Source: a virus | DNA: 64,000 nucleotides | IMG/VR virus record: IMGVR_UViG_3300006175_000010 | Coordinates: 3,150 to 67,149 of that record | Strand: one strand, 5' to 3' | Part shown: positions 31,555-42,471 of the stretch, in pieces | How positions within the stretch are numbered: position 1 is the stretch's first letter | Layout of the letters: every line of letters starts with the position of its first letter | Notes under the pieces: model-generated | Seen by the model: the letters and a program-made list of their open reading frames with translations, nothing else | Database searches by the model: none | Told to the model about the DNA's origin: nothing | Made by a program: the position numbers and the translations under genes

Positions 31555-31917
31555 ATGTGGAATACAAAACACATTAAAAAGGGAGGTGCAAAGCATATAG
31601 TAGACCAAGAATACATACGACAGGGGGATACATTCTATAAAAGAATAGATTCAATCCCAGAGACAGCAGTATTACAGCCAACCCTAGTAGTCGCAGAGGG
31701 TGAAATGACTGGACATAAACACGAGTTCAAGGGCGGTAGCGTACAACTTTACAAGGACGCAGAGAAATCTGATGTTCAATATGTAGAGGTAAAAGCAGAG
31801 ACTACCTTGACACACCAAGAACATGATCCACTCACTTTTGATCCGGGCTGTTACATCGTAACAATGGAACAAAGTTACGATCCGTTCCAAGAAGAGATCA
31901 GAAAAACACAGGATTAG
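31555..31917 (+). CDS. His-rich beta protein (RQGD...GExTGHxH...HxEH), usual DUF6745 partner
   Basis: YIRQGD, VAEGEMTGHKH, LTHQEH, PGCY...QSYDP; true start may be ATA at 31597. Confidence 0.7.
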   Translation: MWNTKHIKKGGAKHIVDQEYIRQGDTFYKRIDSIPETAVLQPTLVVAEGEMTGHKHEFKGGSVQLYKDAEKSDVQYVEVKAETTLTHQEHDPLTFDPGCYIVTMEQSYDPFQEEIRKTQD

Positions 31918-31955
31918 ATAGATTTATATCTATCTTTTCCTTTTTTATTTAATAT

Positions 31956-32293
31956 ATGTTAATGCATAAGATAGATGATATTGATAAAATTACAGTAGTT
32001 ATGGTTTGTGGTATCAAAGGTTTTAAATATACAAATAAGAGATGTAGGTTTTATGAAAATATTTAAACTAAAGGCTATAAGAAATGGTGAAACCATATCA
32101 CTACGCAGTATGTGGTTTGTACATGTTAGGAAGTTTTGTTAATATGAAAATAACTAAAGTCATGAATGGTATGGTTATAGGATTAGAGTGTACTAACAGT
32201 TGGTCAAGAGGGACAACTGCAAACTGGATTAAAAAATCAAAGACTAGAGACCCTATAAAAATTTATTGTTTTATCCTTGCTGAGTCTTCTTGA
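31956..32293 (+). other. array of 3 MxIxR-like micro-ORFs (MLMHK, MKIFK, MKITK)
   Basis: Hand translation. Confidence 0.6.
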
Positions 32294-32516
32294 TTTCTAT
32301 GAATCTTAAGACAGATTCTACATGCTTGCAGGTTTTTGGTTCCTTTTTACAATATTGCCATCCTTTACAACTACAAGATCTTTCAATTATGTTTATAGTA
32401 TAGGCTTCAGATTCCGAACTTGCTGACTGACAAATAAAATAAGGATATTCCATTTCGTCTATCATATCCATGGTAATCATGGATGGTTCTTTTCTACTCA
32501 AAATATAAAACCCCAC
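32271..32516 (-). CDS. SWIM zinc-finger protein
   Basis: CSCKGWQYC...CKH. Confidence 0.75.
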   Translation of the reverse strand: MGFYILSRKEPSMITMDMIDEMEYPYFICQSASSESEAYTINIIERSCSCKGWQYCKKEPKTCKHVESVLRFIEIKKTQQG

Positions 32517-32835
32517 AACCTCTTTCTCTTTCAGTCATAGATAATCCCATAATGACAGGCTCATCTTTCATTCCAAAATCTTTCCAAGTTTTCATATCAC
32601 ATTATAGAACCAACTGATTTATATTTGTTTCTGTAAATAGATAGACTTATATTCCTATAGGAATCATATAAAACATGGAAAACCAACAACAGCCACCAGC
32701 AAAAAACTCAATCAAATATGTCCACATAGACAACAAGATGGATAGAAACAACCATGTTGAGATTTCTTTAGAGTCTACGGACAAAACAACTGACGAATTA
32801 GTAACAATAGTAAAGGACTTGATCAATGAGAAGAA

Positions 32836-33473
32836 ATGAGAGTTGTGAGAAGTCCTTCAGCCTTTTGTATTAATGAAGATAAAAAAGATGTCCATATAGA
32901 CCCTATTGGTGGTCTTCAACGTTCTCGAAGTATATTAATACATCAGTTTGGATGGGGCTATAAATGAGAATAGTTAGATGGATAGACAGGTGTGGATATA
33001 CTAAAAACGGAAAGAGAATTCACATAGATCCAAAAAATTCAACCAGTGGGACAAAAACAAGCATAATGTTACATCTTGGCATGTATGGTGATTCTTAATT
33101 ATGTTTCTAACCAAATGCTTCCAATGTAGAAATACCATATATAAACGAGTAATTTATAACGAGTTTTATCATAATTTGGCGATTCATCCAAATGGTGAGG
33201 ATGTATGAGAATCTATAAATGGAGAAGCCATAATAAAACAAAGTTGGTAGTTTCAATGATAGCAAGTGTTATGACAGAAACACATTATACGGAAAGGTTA
33301 TATTATGGTTGGGGTGAATTGATATATTGAGAATTAAAAGAAATAACCCACCAAACTGTATTTTAAAGAAACCTAAAGCAATCCACATAGATTGTGGTAT
33401 TAATAGTAGAGGTAGATGTTATGGTATATCAATACATACTAAATTATATAAGAAGGTGATTGAAACTGCTTAA
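32836..33473 (+). other. array of 5 MxIxR micro-ORFs, three with C..HID..H
   Basis: MRVVR, MRIVR, MFLTK, MRIYK, MRIKR. Confidence 0.75.
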
Positions 33474-34015
33474 AATAGCGGTGGACTTTCGATAACGTTC
33501 TAGTAAAGACTATACCCGCATGGCTAAAAAGGTATAATCAATTATATCCTGATAATCCCAAAGGTATCCAAGACGTTACAGAATGGAACTTTTACAAGAA
33601 TTGGGGATTATCTAGAAAAGAGGCTACTCCGATATTCCATTATGTGTGGTCTAATTGGAGTAGATTAGAACCCCAAGATGTAAATCAAGCCGCCACCCTG
33701 AAGGGTCTTAAATTTGATGTGGTTACATCCATAGAGCCTTTTTATACGCAATTTGTTACCAAGTGGTGCTTGCTCCATAATATAAACTATTCTAATTTGA
33801 TACAAAAACCAAATCATAAGGAAGAACTGGACTATGATATCTTCGTAGATGATAATCCCAATCTAGCCAAGGATATAAAGGATAACCAGATTTTATTATT
33901 ATATAGACAGGAATGGAATAAGAATACCCCCGAATCCAAGAATGTCATATTGGTAGATTCATTGGATGCATCCACCCGATACGTTTATATGGAACTAGAA
34001 AGAAGGAGTAAATAG
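33460..34015 (+). CDS. 5'(3')-deoxyribonucleotidase (HAD), split by a +1 frameshift at 33487-33490
   Basis: KIAVDF in frame 0, then DNVLVKT...YDIFVDDNP...WN in +1 frame; joined they give HAD motif I DxD. Confidence 0.75.
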
Positions 34016-34186
34016 AATGTCAACAAAAGATAAAATTGAAAAACACAGCCATACTTTTTTTAGAAATCCTTTAGGATTAACATTTTTAGCACTAGATGTG
34101 GGTGGTATAATATTTGTGATTTTTAATTGGGATTTGATAGATAAAACATTAAAACATGTTTTACATCATTTTTGTGGATGTTAAAT

Positions 34187-35230
34187 ATGACCAAAAAGTT
34201 TGATATCGAGTCATTAGACGGTATTGGCGAGACGAGGGGACAGAGGTTACGAGACTCCGGTGTAACAACTCCTTATGATATAATAATCCGAGGGGCACAT
34301 GAAATTTCAGTATTGACGGAGATGGATGAAGAAATCTGTGATAGGTTGGTGGAAACAGTTAAACAACAGTTAAGAGAACAGGGAACAATACCTAAAACGG
34401 ATCAGGCTTCCCGTAAAGAATATAGGGATAAGATTTTACGACTGGATACTGGTTCTGAAAGATTAAACGAGATGCTATCAAAGGATGACATCACAGGCAA
34501 GAAACAAAAAGGTGGTATAGAAACACAGGCTTTGACGGCAATATATGGTGAAAACGGTGGTGGTAAGACACAGACTAGTTTAACATTATGTGCAATGACT
34601 TTGATGGCTGGACATGGGGTAATGTTTGTAGACTGTGAAAATACCTTTGATGATGATCGTCTAGCAGAAATAATTTCAGTCCGTGGGGGAGATACTTCAG
34701 TGATGGATAACCTAATGGTAGAACAGGCTTTTGATAGTAATACCATATTAAGGATAATAAATACAATGACACAAACCATATTAGAAAAGAACATTAAACT
34801 GCTTATCATAGATGGTGCTACAGGAATATTCCGTTTTGAATACGACCAAGGTAGGGGAGATTTAAACCCAAGACAAAACAAGTTAAAGCCGTTCTTTTTA
34901 CATCTCAAGAACATGGCATACTATCTTAATATTGCTATTGTAATTACAAACCAAGTAATGGGCAATCCTGATCCATATGCAGGAAGTACCACAAAGCAGA
35001 TAGGTGGGCATATAGCAGGACATTCTCCCAAGTATACACTATGGATTAAGAAGAATCCCAAGAATAAAAGAACTGTGGTCTTTGAAAAGTCCAACAGACA
35101 TGCCAAGGATGAAATAGTAATATATATTAATGAATCCGGCATATCAGATGATGAAACCTTGAAAAAGAAAAAAGGAAAAATCTCCACTCCTGAAAAGGAT
35201 ATGGTAGATACTTCGAGGCTATTAGAATGA
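34187..35230 (+). CDS. radA: DNA repair/recombination protein RadA
   Basis: N-terminal HhH (LDGIGE), Walker A GENGGGKT, LLIID, ITNQV, GGHIAGH. Confidence 0.92.
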   Translation: MTKKFDIESLDGIGETRGQRLRDSGVTTPYDIIIRGAHEISVLTEMDEEICDRLVETVKQQLREQGTIPKTDQASRKEYRDKILRLDTGSERLNEMLSKDDITGKKQKGGIETQALTAIYGENGGGKTQTSLTLCAMTLMAGHGVMFVDCENTFDDDRLAEIISVRGGDTSVMDNLMVEQAFDSNTILRIINTMTQTILEKNIKLLIIDGATGIFRFEYDQGRGDLNPRQNKLKPFFLHLKNMAYYLNIAIVITNQVMGNPDPYAGSTTKQIGGHIAGHSPKYTLWIKKNPKNKRTVVFEKSNRHAKDEIVIYINESGISDDETLKKKKGKISTPEKDMVDTSRLLE

Positions 35231-36614
35231 CATCTTTAGAGAAATGTAACTTGACTTGTACCATTCACGATATGGAATATACAAAATTAAGACTCTTAGA
35301 ACAATGCAGATGTAAAAGACATATTCATCATTGGTCAGGCTACAAGTTTTCTTTAGAAGAACTTTATCCAAATCATAGAATACATGAGAGGTATTTGGAG
35401 TGACTTCTTATGATAAAAGTAAGATATTGATAGTAGATAACAAGCCTATGTGTAATTGTAATACACATCTATATCATGAATCATGTGATAGTGATTGTAA
35501 TTGTAGTAGAGAAGAAAATTTACTAACTACTGTATTTGAGACTGATATAAAATGACTTCTTATAATAAAAGTAAGATACATCTGACTTGTAGCGGTTGTT
35601 TAACCAATGATGATTTTGATAAAGATGGATTATGCCGAAGATGTGGAAAAAGTGCTTCATTTGCTATGGGTTGGACTGAATGACTGACAAGACATTACAT
35701 CAATCCTGTCTTTCAATGCCTATAATCGAATTTCCTAAATGCTTTTGCAGGCAAAGCCATTTTCATATATTGAATAATTGGAAGTATGGCTACATATTGA
35801 TTCATGCGTTAAAGTTCAAAATTGTTATCTTTAGAGATAGACAGGCTAAGGAGTTTTCTAAATGGTAGTAAAAAATCAAGTAAAACGTTTAACAAAGGTA
35901 AAAACATTTAGAATTGAAATATTACCAAACTCTTTTTTGGTCACAAATGTTACTAGTAAAAGAATGGCAGAAGATACTTTTTGGATATTTGGTAGAGATA
36001 AAGTAAAACTAAGAATAAAGGAGTTAAAATCTAAATGACAAATCATCAAGAAAGTAACTTACCGACAAAAGAATCGAATTGTCCAGTATCGGCTTCAGGT
36101 AATCATAAACCTATTAGAGATTGTCAAACTAATGAAATGTTTTGTTGTAAATGCGGAATTACATTAGGAAATGATGGTAAATGAATATTGATTTGAATGA
36201 GTCCAAAATTAGAATTTTAATAGATACTATAGAATATTTTTTGTCTAAGAATGAATGGAATGAGGAATTAGATAACATTCATGACGAATTAGTAAATATG
36301 CTTTCTAAACAAGATAACAGAAGAGTTAACGAAGTGACATCTTTAGAGAAAAGTAAGATAAAACAAACATGGTCTTGTTCTTGTGGATTATCGTTTGAAT
36401 CTGTTGATGAGTGGAAAAAACATTCTGAAGAATTTGTGGAGAACTTAAACAAATGACTTCTCATCAAGAAAGTAATGGTATATATAAAGTCAGGGAATCC
36501 CTCAAACTGGAACAACAGATAAAAAGAATAGAAAAGACTGAAAGCAAATTGGAATCGATAAGAATAAATAAGGTTCTACAACTCGCTTTATTAAGAAGTA
36601 AAACAACAAAATGA
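35227..36614 (+). repeat. cassette array with shared 5' repeat RTGACWWMT-N6-RAAWGTAA (6 copies), mostly Cys-rich small ORFs
   Basis: Copies at 35227, 35400, 35552, 36035, 36334, 36453. Confidence 0.7.
36181..36456 (+). CDS. hypothetical protein; C-terminal half is a fused repeat cassette (VTSLEKSKI...CSC...H)
   Basis: 91 aa; internal copy of the repeat at 36334. Confidence 0.6.
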   Translation: MNIDLNESKIRILIDTIEYFLSKNEWNEELDNIHDELVNMLSKQDNRRVNEVTSLEKSKIKQTWSCSCGLSFESVDEWKKHSEEFVENLNK

Positions 36615-37123
36615 AAATAACTAGATTTATATCACCAACATGTAATTGCCCACAAAGAATAGCCAATTACGGAACATATATATACGTCCATGGTTCTACT
36701 AATTATAATGGCATCGGAAACATACAACAAGACACAAGTAAAGAAATGTAATACCTGTGGTAAAGAGATATTTGTATATCCCAACTCCGTTCCTATTTGT
36801 GATTCATGTTGGGAAAATAGAAATGATAATTGAAAGATTTTATATAGATGGTAAAGTAGAAATTTTTCTAGATATAACCACAGTACACACTAGATGGATT
36901 CCTTCAATATGTATATAATGTCTATTAGGTGGCATAATGAATACATACAACTAGATATGCATGTTGATATAAAAAAAGAGTGTTCTTGTGAGGTGGTAAT
37001 ATGTGGGTAATTAGGGATATTGATTTAGATGGTGGAATTGGTAATTATTTTTCACGAATAAAGATTTTAATAGATGATAACCATAATGTTTGGTTAAAGT
37101 TTGATATAGATTATGAAACATAG
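36611..37123 (+). other. micro-ORF array (MKITR, Zn-finger MASET, MIIER, MSIRW, MWVIR)
   Basis: Hand translation. Confidence 0.65.
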
Positions 37124-37466
37124 AAAGTCTCATATAAACCATAATATGCGAGAACAGGGTAATAGTGAAAGAAGACCTGAAAATCTTAGGTTTCATAAAT
37201 TACTAATGTTAGGGTATCCCAATGATCATATAGCCATGGAATATAAAATCCCCGGAGCCTCGATAGACCATGCCAATGTCACCAAGAAGATAGCATGGGA
37301 GTTGGACGGGGATTACCATATAACCAAGAAGGGACAATGGTTCAAGGATAAACTTAGAGAGGAAAGATTAATTAAAGACGGCTGGAGAGTATATAGGATC
37401 AAGAAATGGAAACATCCAAGGTTGTGGAGCAAACACTATGAAAGTATCCAGAGGTATAATATATGA
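37113..37466 (+). CDS. DUF559/Vsr-like PD-(D/E)xK endonuclease
   Basis: EY...ID...IAWELDGDYH...D..R...L...GWRVYRI. Confidence 0.8.
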   Translation: MKHRKSHINHNMREQGNSERRPENLRFHKLLMLGYPNDHIAMEYKIPGASIDHANVTKKIAWELDGDYHITKKGQWFKDKLREERLIKDGWRVYRIKKWKHPRLWSKHYESIQRYNI

Positions 37467-37938
37467 ATATACCAGATACGTATATGCCGGTGCAGAAATT
37501 CCCCTACGAAATGGAAGAAAACCCATAATATTACAAGATGATAAAATAATAGATTGGTTGTTGGGAGAATGAAAATATTCCATAGTTTCCAAATGGATGA
37601 AAGTTATAAGGAAGATATATTTATTGAAACAAGAAATCCTAAACTGTATTCTACTGATGAACATTGGCATATAGGTGTCTGGTGGACTGAAAGGAATGGA
37701 TATTATACACCATGAAACTTGATAGAGGAACTTGGTCTTATGCTGATCATAGAGATATAAAGGGTAGAGAATATAGAACTAAAAGAGTATATGTGAATAA
37801 TAGGCATGAAGTATTCAGACAAATAGAAATATGGTGGTTTAGAAAATGAAAATTTGGAAATATTTTGAAGGTTATGTGTATAATATAGGAATATCCGAAT
37901 TTTGTCATGATATATGGGTGTTTGTACCACTTGACTGA
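37438..37938 (+). other. array of 4 MxIxR micro-ORFs (MKVSRG, MKIFH, MKLDR, MKIWK)
   Basis: ATGA junctions. Confidence 0.75.
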
Positions 37939-38218
37939 TACTATAGCACTATCCATAAAGAAACAGCATTATTGGACACATAAGAGGTTAGTAGATACCA
38001 AACCTCAAGGGTTATCAGTATCAGATTATAATTTTCAGATATTGGAGTTGCACTTCCAGAACCAAGACTTTGGTATTCTTGACTTTAACCAATCCTTACA
38101 GATGTGGGAGAATTATCTATCCAAATGTACAGAACCACAATACAAAAGTTTTTATGAGCGATTGAACTCCCTAAACATCTTGGAGAAAAGAAAGACTATA
38201 CAGAGGATGATATTATGA
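37931..38218 (+). CDS. hypothetical protein
   Basis: TTG start overlapping previous stop. Confidence 0.55.
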   Translation: MTDTIALSIKKQHYWTHKRLVDTKPQGLSVSDYNFQILELHFQNQDFGILDFNQSLQMWENYLSKCTEPQYKSFYERLNSLNILEKRKTIQRMIL

Positions 38219-38595
38219 ATGTAGAGAGAAAACTTACTAGATGTGGTAATTACACAACGGAGTATAGAAGGGGTAGAGTACATGACCATCAAGGTAAAAA
38301 AGGTATTGGTGCTTTTGTGGTACATCTTTTAGACCCTTCTTGGAGAGATTATTAAATATGAGACTTTCGAGAGGATATGACAAATGTCAGGCTGAAAACT
38401 TTAACTATCAAAAAAATACTAGAATCCATTTAGGATATGGAGAGAAATGTAATATAGTAATACATGTGCTGGATTATGAGAATACAGCGTTATAAATACA
38501 GAAATGGTTTTGGATTTATATATTATACAAGATATGCTAGCATAAAAATGATGGTGTGCTGGTATTATGATCCCTACCAAACCTTTTTAACCTAG
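38215..38595 (+). other. array of 3 MxIxR micro-ORFs (MNVER, MRLSR, MRIQR)
   Basis: Hand translation; first two have C..H..H. Confidence 0.7.
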
Positions 38596-38615
38596 AGGAT
38601 TCTAATGATGATACC

Positions 38616-40580
38616 ATGGATACCTTTACGGAAGGCAAGAAGCTAGACTTATTTGCTGAATATCTACAGAAGACCTATGAACTATCTAAGGTTGAAAATG
38701 AATATGCTATCCCAGATGACGACCCAGAAGTTCTAAAAATATTACTAGAATATCCATCTAAAGAAGCGGAACAATTTATAACAAGAGGTTGCAGGGAAGC
38801 AATAAAAAATTCAAAATCTGATAGTATTCTAGAAAGAACCAAACTATGGGAAGTGGTTAAAAAATATAAAATAAAATTCAAAGATTACATAAATGTTTCA
38901 ATGCATGATATCATAGCAGAACAGCATGAAGGTAAGAAGATTCAGTTCAACTGTGTAATAAACGGGCTTGGGGAAGAAAAGACTTATTATTACAAGGCAG
39001 TATTTACTTGTCCTCAATGTAAGATACCAACAGAAGTATCACATGATGACCTATACGAAACAGAAATACCAAAATGTCCAGAAGGTCATGGTGATATGAA
39101 ACTGGAAAAAGCAGACAGTATTACCAAATCCATAATGAAAGTAATGTTAGAAGAACCCATGGAAGAATCCATAGAGGCACAGCCAAAAAGGTACGCGGGT
39201 ATAATCACAGATGAACTTGTACACCAAGTCAAAGCCATGAAAAGAAAGAAGGTTATAGCAATTTTTAAATCAGTTCCAGTAGATGGTAAGAAACTAAAGC
39301 AGAACTATATCCTGTTGGATATCCAGTCTTGGCAGGATATGGAAGAAAATATTGATGAATTACCAGACCTTACACAAATAGAATGGATTAGGCAACAGTT
39401 AGCACTCCCAGATGGATTGTCCAAGGTAGTAAATTCCTTTAGTAACAAGGTGGGATTATATGATATCAAACTATCCATGATGATAGCCCTAGTAAGGGGT
39501 TGCCGTATCAAGGATGTAGTAGAAAGGGATGACATACATGTATTTAATTTAGGAGACCCGGCAACTTCTAAATCTGAACTGTTAAAATTCTGTCATGAAA
39601 TAACATCAAACAGTATCATAGCAACCGGAGATTCCGCAAACAAGGTAGGTATCCGTGGTGGAACTGAAACTTTACCGGATGGTTCACATGTGTTTGTTCC
39701 CGGACTTTTGACAAAAGCAACGGGTGGATTCTTATTATATGATGAAATGGACAAGACCCCCAAAGAAGATTTTCCTAGTTTGTATAGAGGTATGGAACAA
39801 CAGGAAATATCATATGATAAAATCATACATGCCAAACTACCGGCAGATACTACGGTGATAGCAACTGCAAATCCAAAACATGGATATTATGACAAAGCAA
39901 TGACATTCCAACAGAACTTTAATATTCCCCCAGCCTTGCAGACTAGGTTCGACTTGGTATGGTTTATACCATCTGTGGAATCAGAGGATGTTATCAGAAA
40001 AATAGCAGGACAGGCAACAGACCCTAACTACAAATGGGAACCATTTATGGATAAGAAACTAATGTCACAGTATTTGAACTACTGTAGAAAATTACAGCCC
40101 AAGTTTACAGAAGAAGCGGGAAGTATAATAAATGAGTTTTGGATTAAAGCCAAATCCGTATCCATGAAACAGCAGGACGGTATAAAGATAGAAGTAAGAC
40201 ACTTGCATGGATTAATCAGAATAGCCTTTGCTTTTGCTAAACTACAATTACATGAAACTGTAACAAAACAGGACGCAGAATATTCCATAGCATTATTTAC
40301 TAGGTCATTAAAATCCATAGGACAGGATGTAGTGACAGGGGAAACAACACAGCGTATACTATTTGGCAGGAAGGAGAATAGAGACCATGCCTTTATGGAA
40401 GTGATAAACCGTATAGCAGACCCGGAGACCGGAATAATAGAACCAGAACAGGCTAAAGAAGAATTAGTTAAGACAGGAGTATTTGATGTTTATACCGCTC
40501 AGGAACGACTAGAAAAGGAAGCCCGCAAGGGAGATACTATTATAAACACCTATGATAATAGATACAAGATTTCAAAATGA
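38616..40580 (+). CDS. mcm: MCM replicative helicase
   Basis: CPQC Zn motif, Walker A GDPATSKS, Walker B YDEMDK, ATANP, arginine finger TRFD. Confidence 0.93.
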   Translation: MDTFTEGKKLDLFAEYLQKTYELSKVENEYAIPDDDPEVLKILLEYPSKEAEQFITRGCREAIKNSKSDSILERTKLWEVVKKYKIKFKDYINVSMHDIIAEQHEGKKIQFNCVINGLGEEKTYYYKAVFTCPQCKIPTEVSHDDLYETEIPKCPEGHGDMKLEKADSITKSIMKVMLEEPMEESIEAQPKRYAGIITDELVHQVKAMKRKKVIAIFKSVPVDGKKLKQNYILLDIQSWQDMEENIDELPDLTQIEWIRQQLALPDGLSKVVNSFSNKVGLYDIKLSMMIALVRGCRIKDVVERDDIHVFNLGDPATSKSELLKFCHEITSNSIIATGDSANKVGIRGGTETLPDGSHVFVPGLLTKATGGFLLYDEMDKTPKEDFPSLYRGMEQQEISYDKIIHAKLPADTTVIATANPKHGYYDKAMTFQQNFNIPPALQTRFDLVWFIPSVESEDVIRKIAGQATDPNYKWEPFMDKKLMSQYLNYCRKLQPKFTEEAGSIINEFWIKAKSVSMKQQDGIKIEVRHLHGLIRIAFAFAKLQLHETVTKQDAEYSIALFTRSLKSIGQDVVTGETTQRILFGRKENRDHAFMEVINRIADPETGIIEPEQAKEELVKTGVFDVYTAQERLEKEARKGDTIINTYDNRYKISK

Positions 40581-41141
40581 CTATAAATAGGACACAAACA
40601 GAGAGTATATTTTGGTGGGTACATTTAGATTTTGGGACTGAACGTAAATGCATGAGTAAAAACTTTGATAGAAAACAAGAGGATTGGTTTTGAAAATACA
40701 TAGAAATGGTGTAAATAATTGTAATTATGAACCACCTAAAAAAATACATTTGTTTTATGATTACAATTTAAATAGTTGGACTATCCTGATTCACCCACTG
40801 ATGAACGCTTAAATATAAGTGTTTCTGATATGATATCATGGTTAATAGAGGCAAAGGTCATAGATGTCCATCATGCCATAAGACTTGGGTGTGTTTTGTA
40901 GAATATTGTAAACTAGATGATCATGTAGACTGTGAGGATTGTTTTATCCATAAGGGAAGACAGAAACAACAGACAACTACAAAAACTCCTGTAAAAGATG
41001 AACATTGACAAGGACTTTGAGGGGCTAAAAAAAGATTTTCAGTATGTTTGGATTGAATTTAAATTAGATAGTCTTGACAGACCTAGAAGATATAGAGATG
41101 TAAGAACTAATAAATATTTGGTAATCTCAGTTCTTAGGTAA
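40577..41141 (+). other. micro-ORFs MTINR, MKIHR, Zn-finger MVNRG, MNIDK
   Basis: First ORF is ATGA-coupled to the MCM stop. Confidence 0.65.
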
Positions 41142-41144
41142 TAA

Positions 41145-41798
41145 TTATAGTGTACAGTTCACAGGTTTAGGATTTATCACAAAGTCCGGTGGTGAAACAA
41201 TATTAGAACCACCAAAACCATCATGACCATACTCCTGTGTCAATGCCCCAATATCTGCGGGAGTTACAAACCTGAATTTACCGGCTTGGGATATCATCAC
41301 ATCATTTGATATTACAACAGCAATAAAATCACATTTGGTAAATGCCAATCGGTGTCCAATACCCAATGCATGCCCCATCTCATGTTCTATGGTCTGTGCT
41401 AGGTAATTGGATGGTGTATTATCAAATATTGTTATAACACAATTTAATGGAGTTCCCTCACAGTTTGTGTAACCTATAGCATTTTTGGGGAAACTCAAGT
41501 CTTTAGGAACTTCGGTATTGATTATAAGAGTACATATTCCATTATGTGTCTGACTTCCATGTTTGTCTACATAGACTTTATAATTGAAATTATGTGTTCC
41601 TGTATTCTGATTTAGTTTGTCCTTCCAGATTGTTATAGCCTTTACCATATCATTCATATAAGGAAGTGTGGAATCTGCGGCATTAAGACAAACTATAGGA
41701 TCTCTGTCCCACTCCCAAGTCATGTAGGGTATGAAATCTGCATAAGCAAAGGTTGGAGCCAATAACAAAGGTATAATAACAAAGAGTAATTTATGCAT
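41145..41798 (-). CDS. secreted matrixin-like zinc metalloprotease
   Basis: Signal peptide MHKLLFVIIPLLLAPTFAYA; HEMGHALGIGH; Met-turn DVM. Confidence 0.85.
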   Translation of the reverse strand: MHKLLFVIIPLLLAPTFAYADFIPYMTWEWDRDPIVCLNAADSTLPYMNDMVKAITIWKDKLNQNTGTHNFNYKVYVDKHGSQTHNGICTLIINTEVPKDLSFPKNAIGYTNCEGTPLNCVITIFDNTPSNYLAQTIEHEMGHALGIGHRLAFTKCDFIAVVISNDVMISQAGKFRFVTPADIGALTQEYGHDGFGGSNIVSPPDFVINPKPVNCTL

Positions 41799-41834
41799 AG
41801 AAAGATTTATATTCAAATTGTATTTATAGATTAT

Positions 41835-42341
41835 ATGCATATTTTAAGAGAAAAATCTATAATGATTATTGGAAGTAGAATTTACCAAATAAATATGAGT
41901 CATAGGTTTGGAAGATATACAAGAATTCCCCACAGTGGAAAATTATTTGATGATAGTGAAGATTATCATGAACCTTGAGGATTGTAGATTCCATATAATT
42001 TGTTTGACCTGCGAGGAAATATATAAGAACGGTACATTGTTTTATTCAGAGTTTCCAGAGAACGCAGAGAGGGTTAAAAAGAACCATAACAAGACTTTTA
42101 AGGCACATAATGTAGAGATAAGGGATAAAAATGAGAATAATAAAATGTAATGGAAACACTGAGAGTTGTCAGAAAATGGGATTTACTAATATAACATATA
42201 CAAATGTATATGTACATTGGAGCCAAGGAAAAAGATATGAAAATAATTAGAACCCAAGAACTCTGTATAACTGATGGGTTAAGATGTCATTATAGAGGTG
42301 CCGGTGATGGTACCATTCTAGTACATTTGAGGATGTATTAA
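41835..42341 (+). other. micro-ORFs MHILR, a Zn-type ORF ending at 42150, MRIIK, MKIIR
   Basis: Hand translation; last two end in VH(W/L). Confidence 0.6.
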
Positions 42342-42471
42342 AGCCTTAAATACAACTAAACTTTTAAATATAATTAATGTTATGCCATATATGTCTTGCG
42401 GTTGATAAGATCACGACAAAGCATGAAGAACTCGATCTTTGTAAAGATTGTCTTGATAATGTCAAGAGAGT

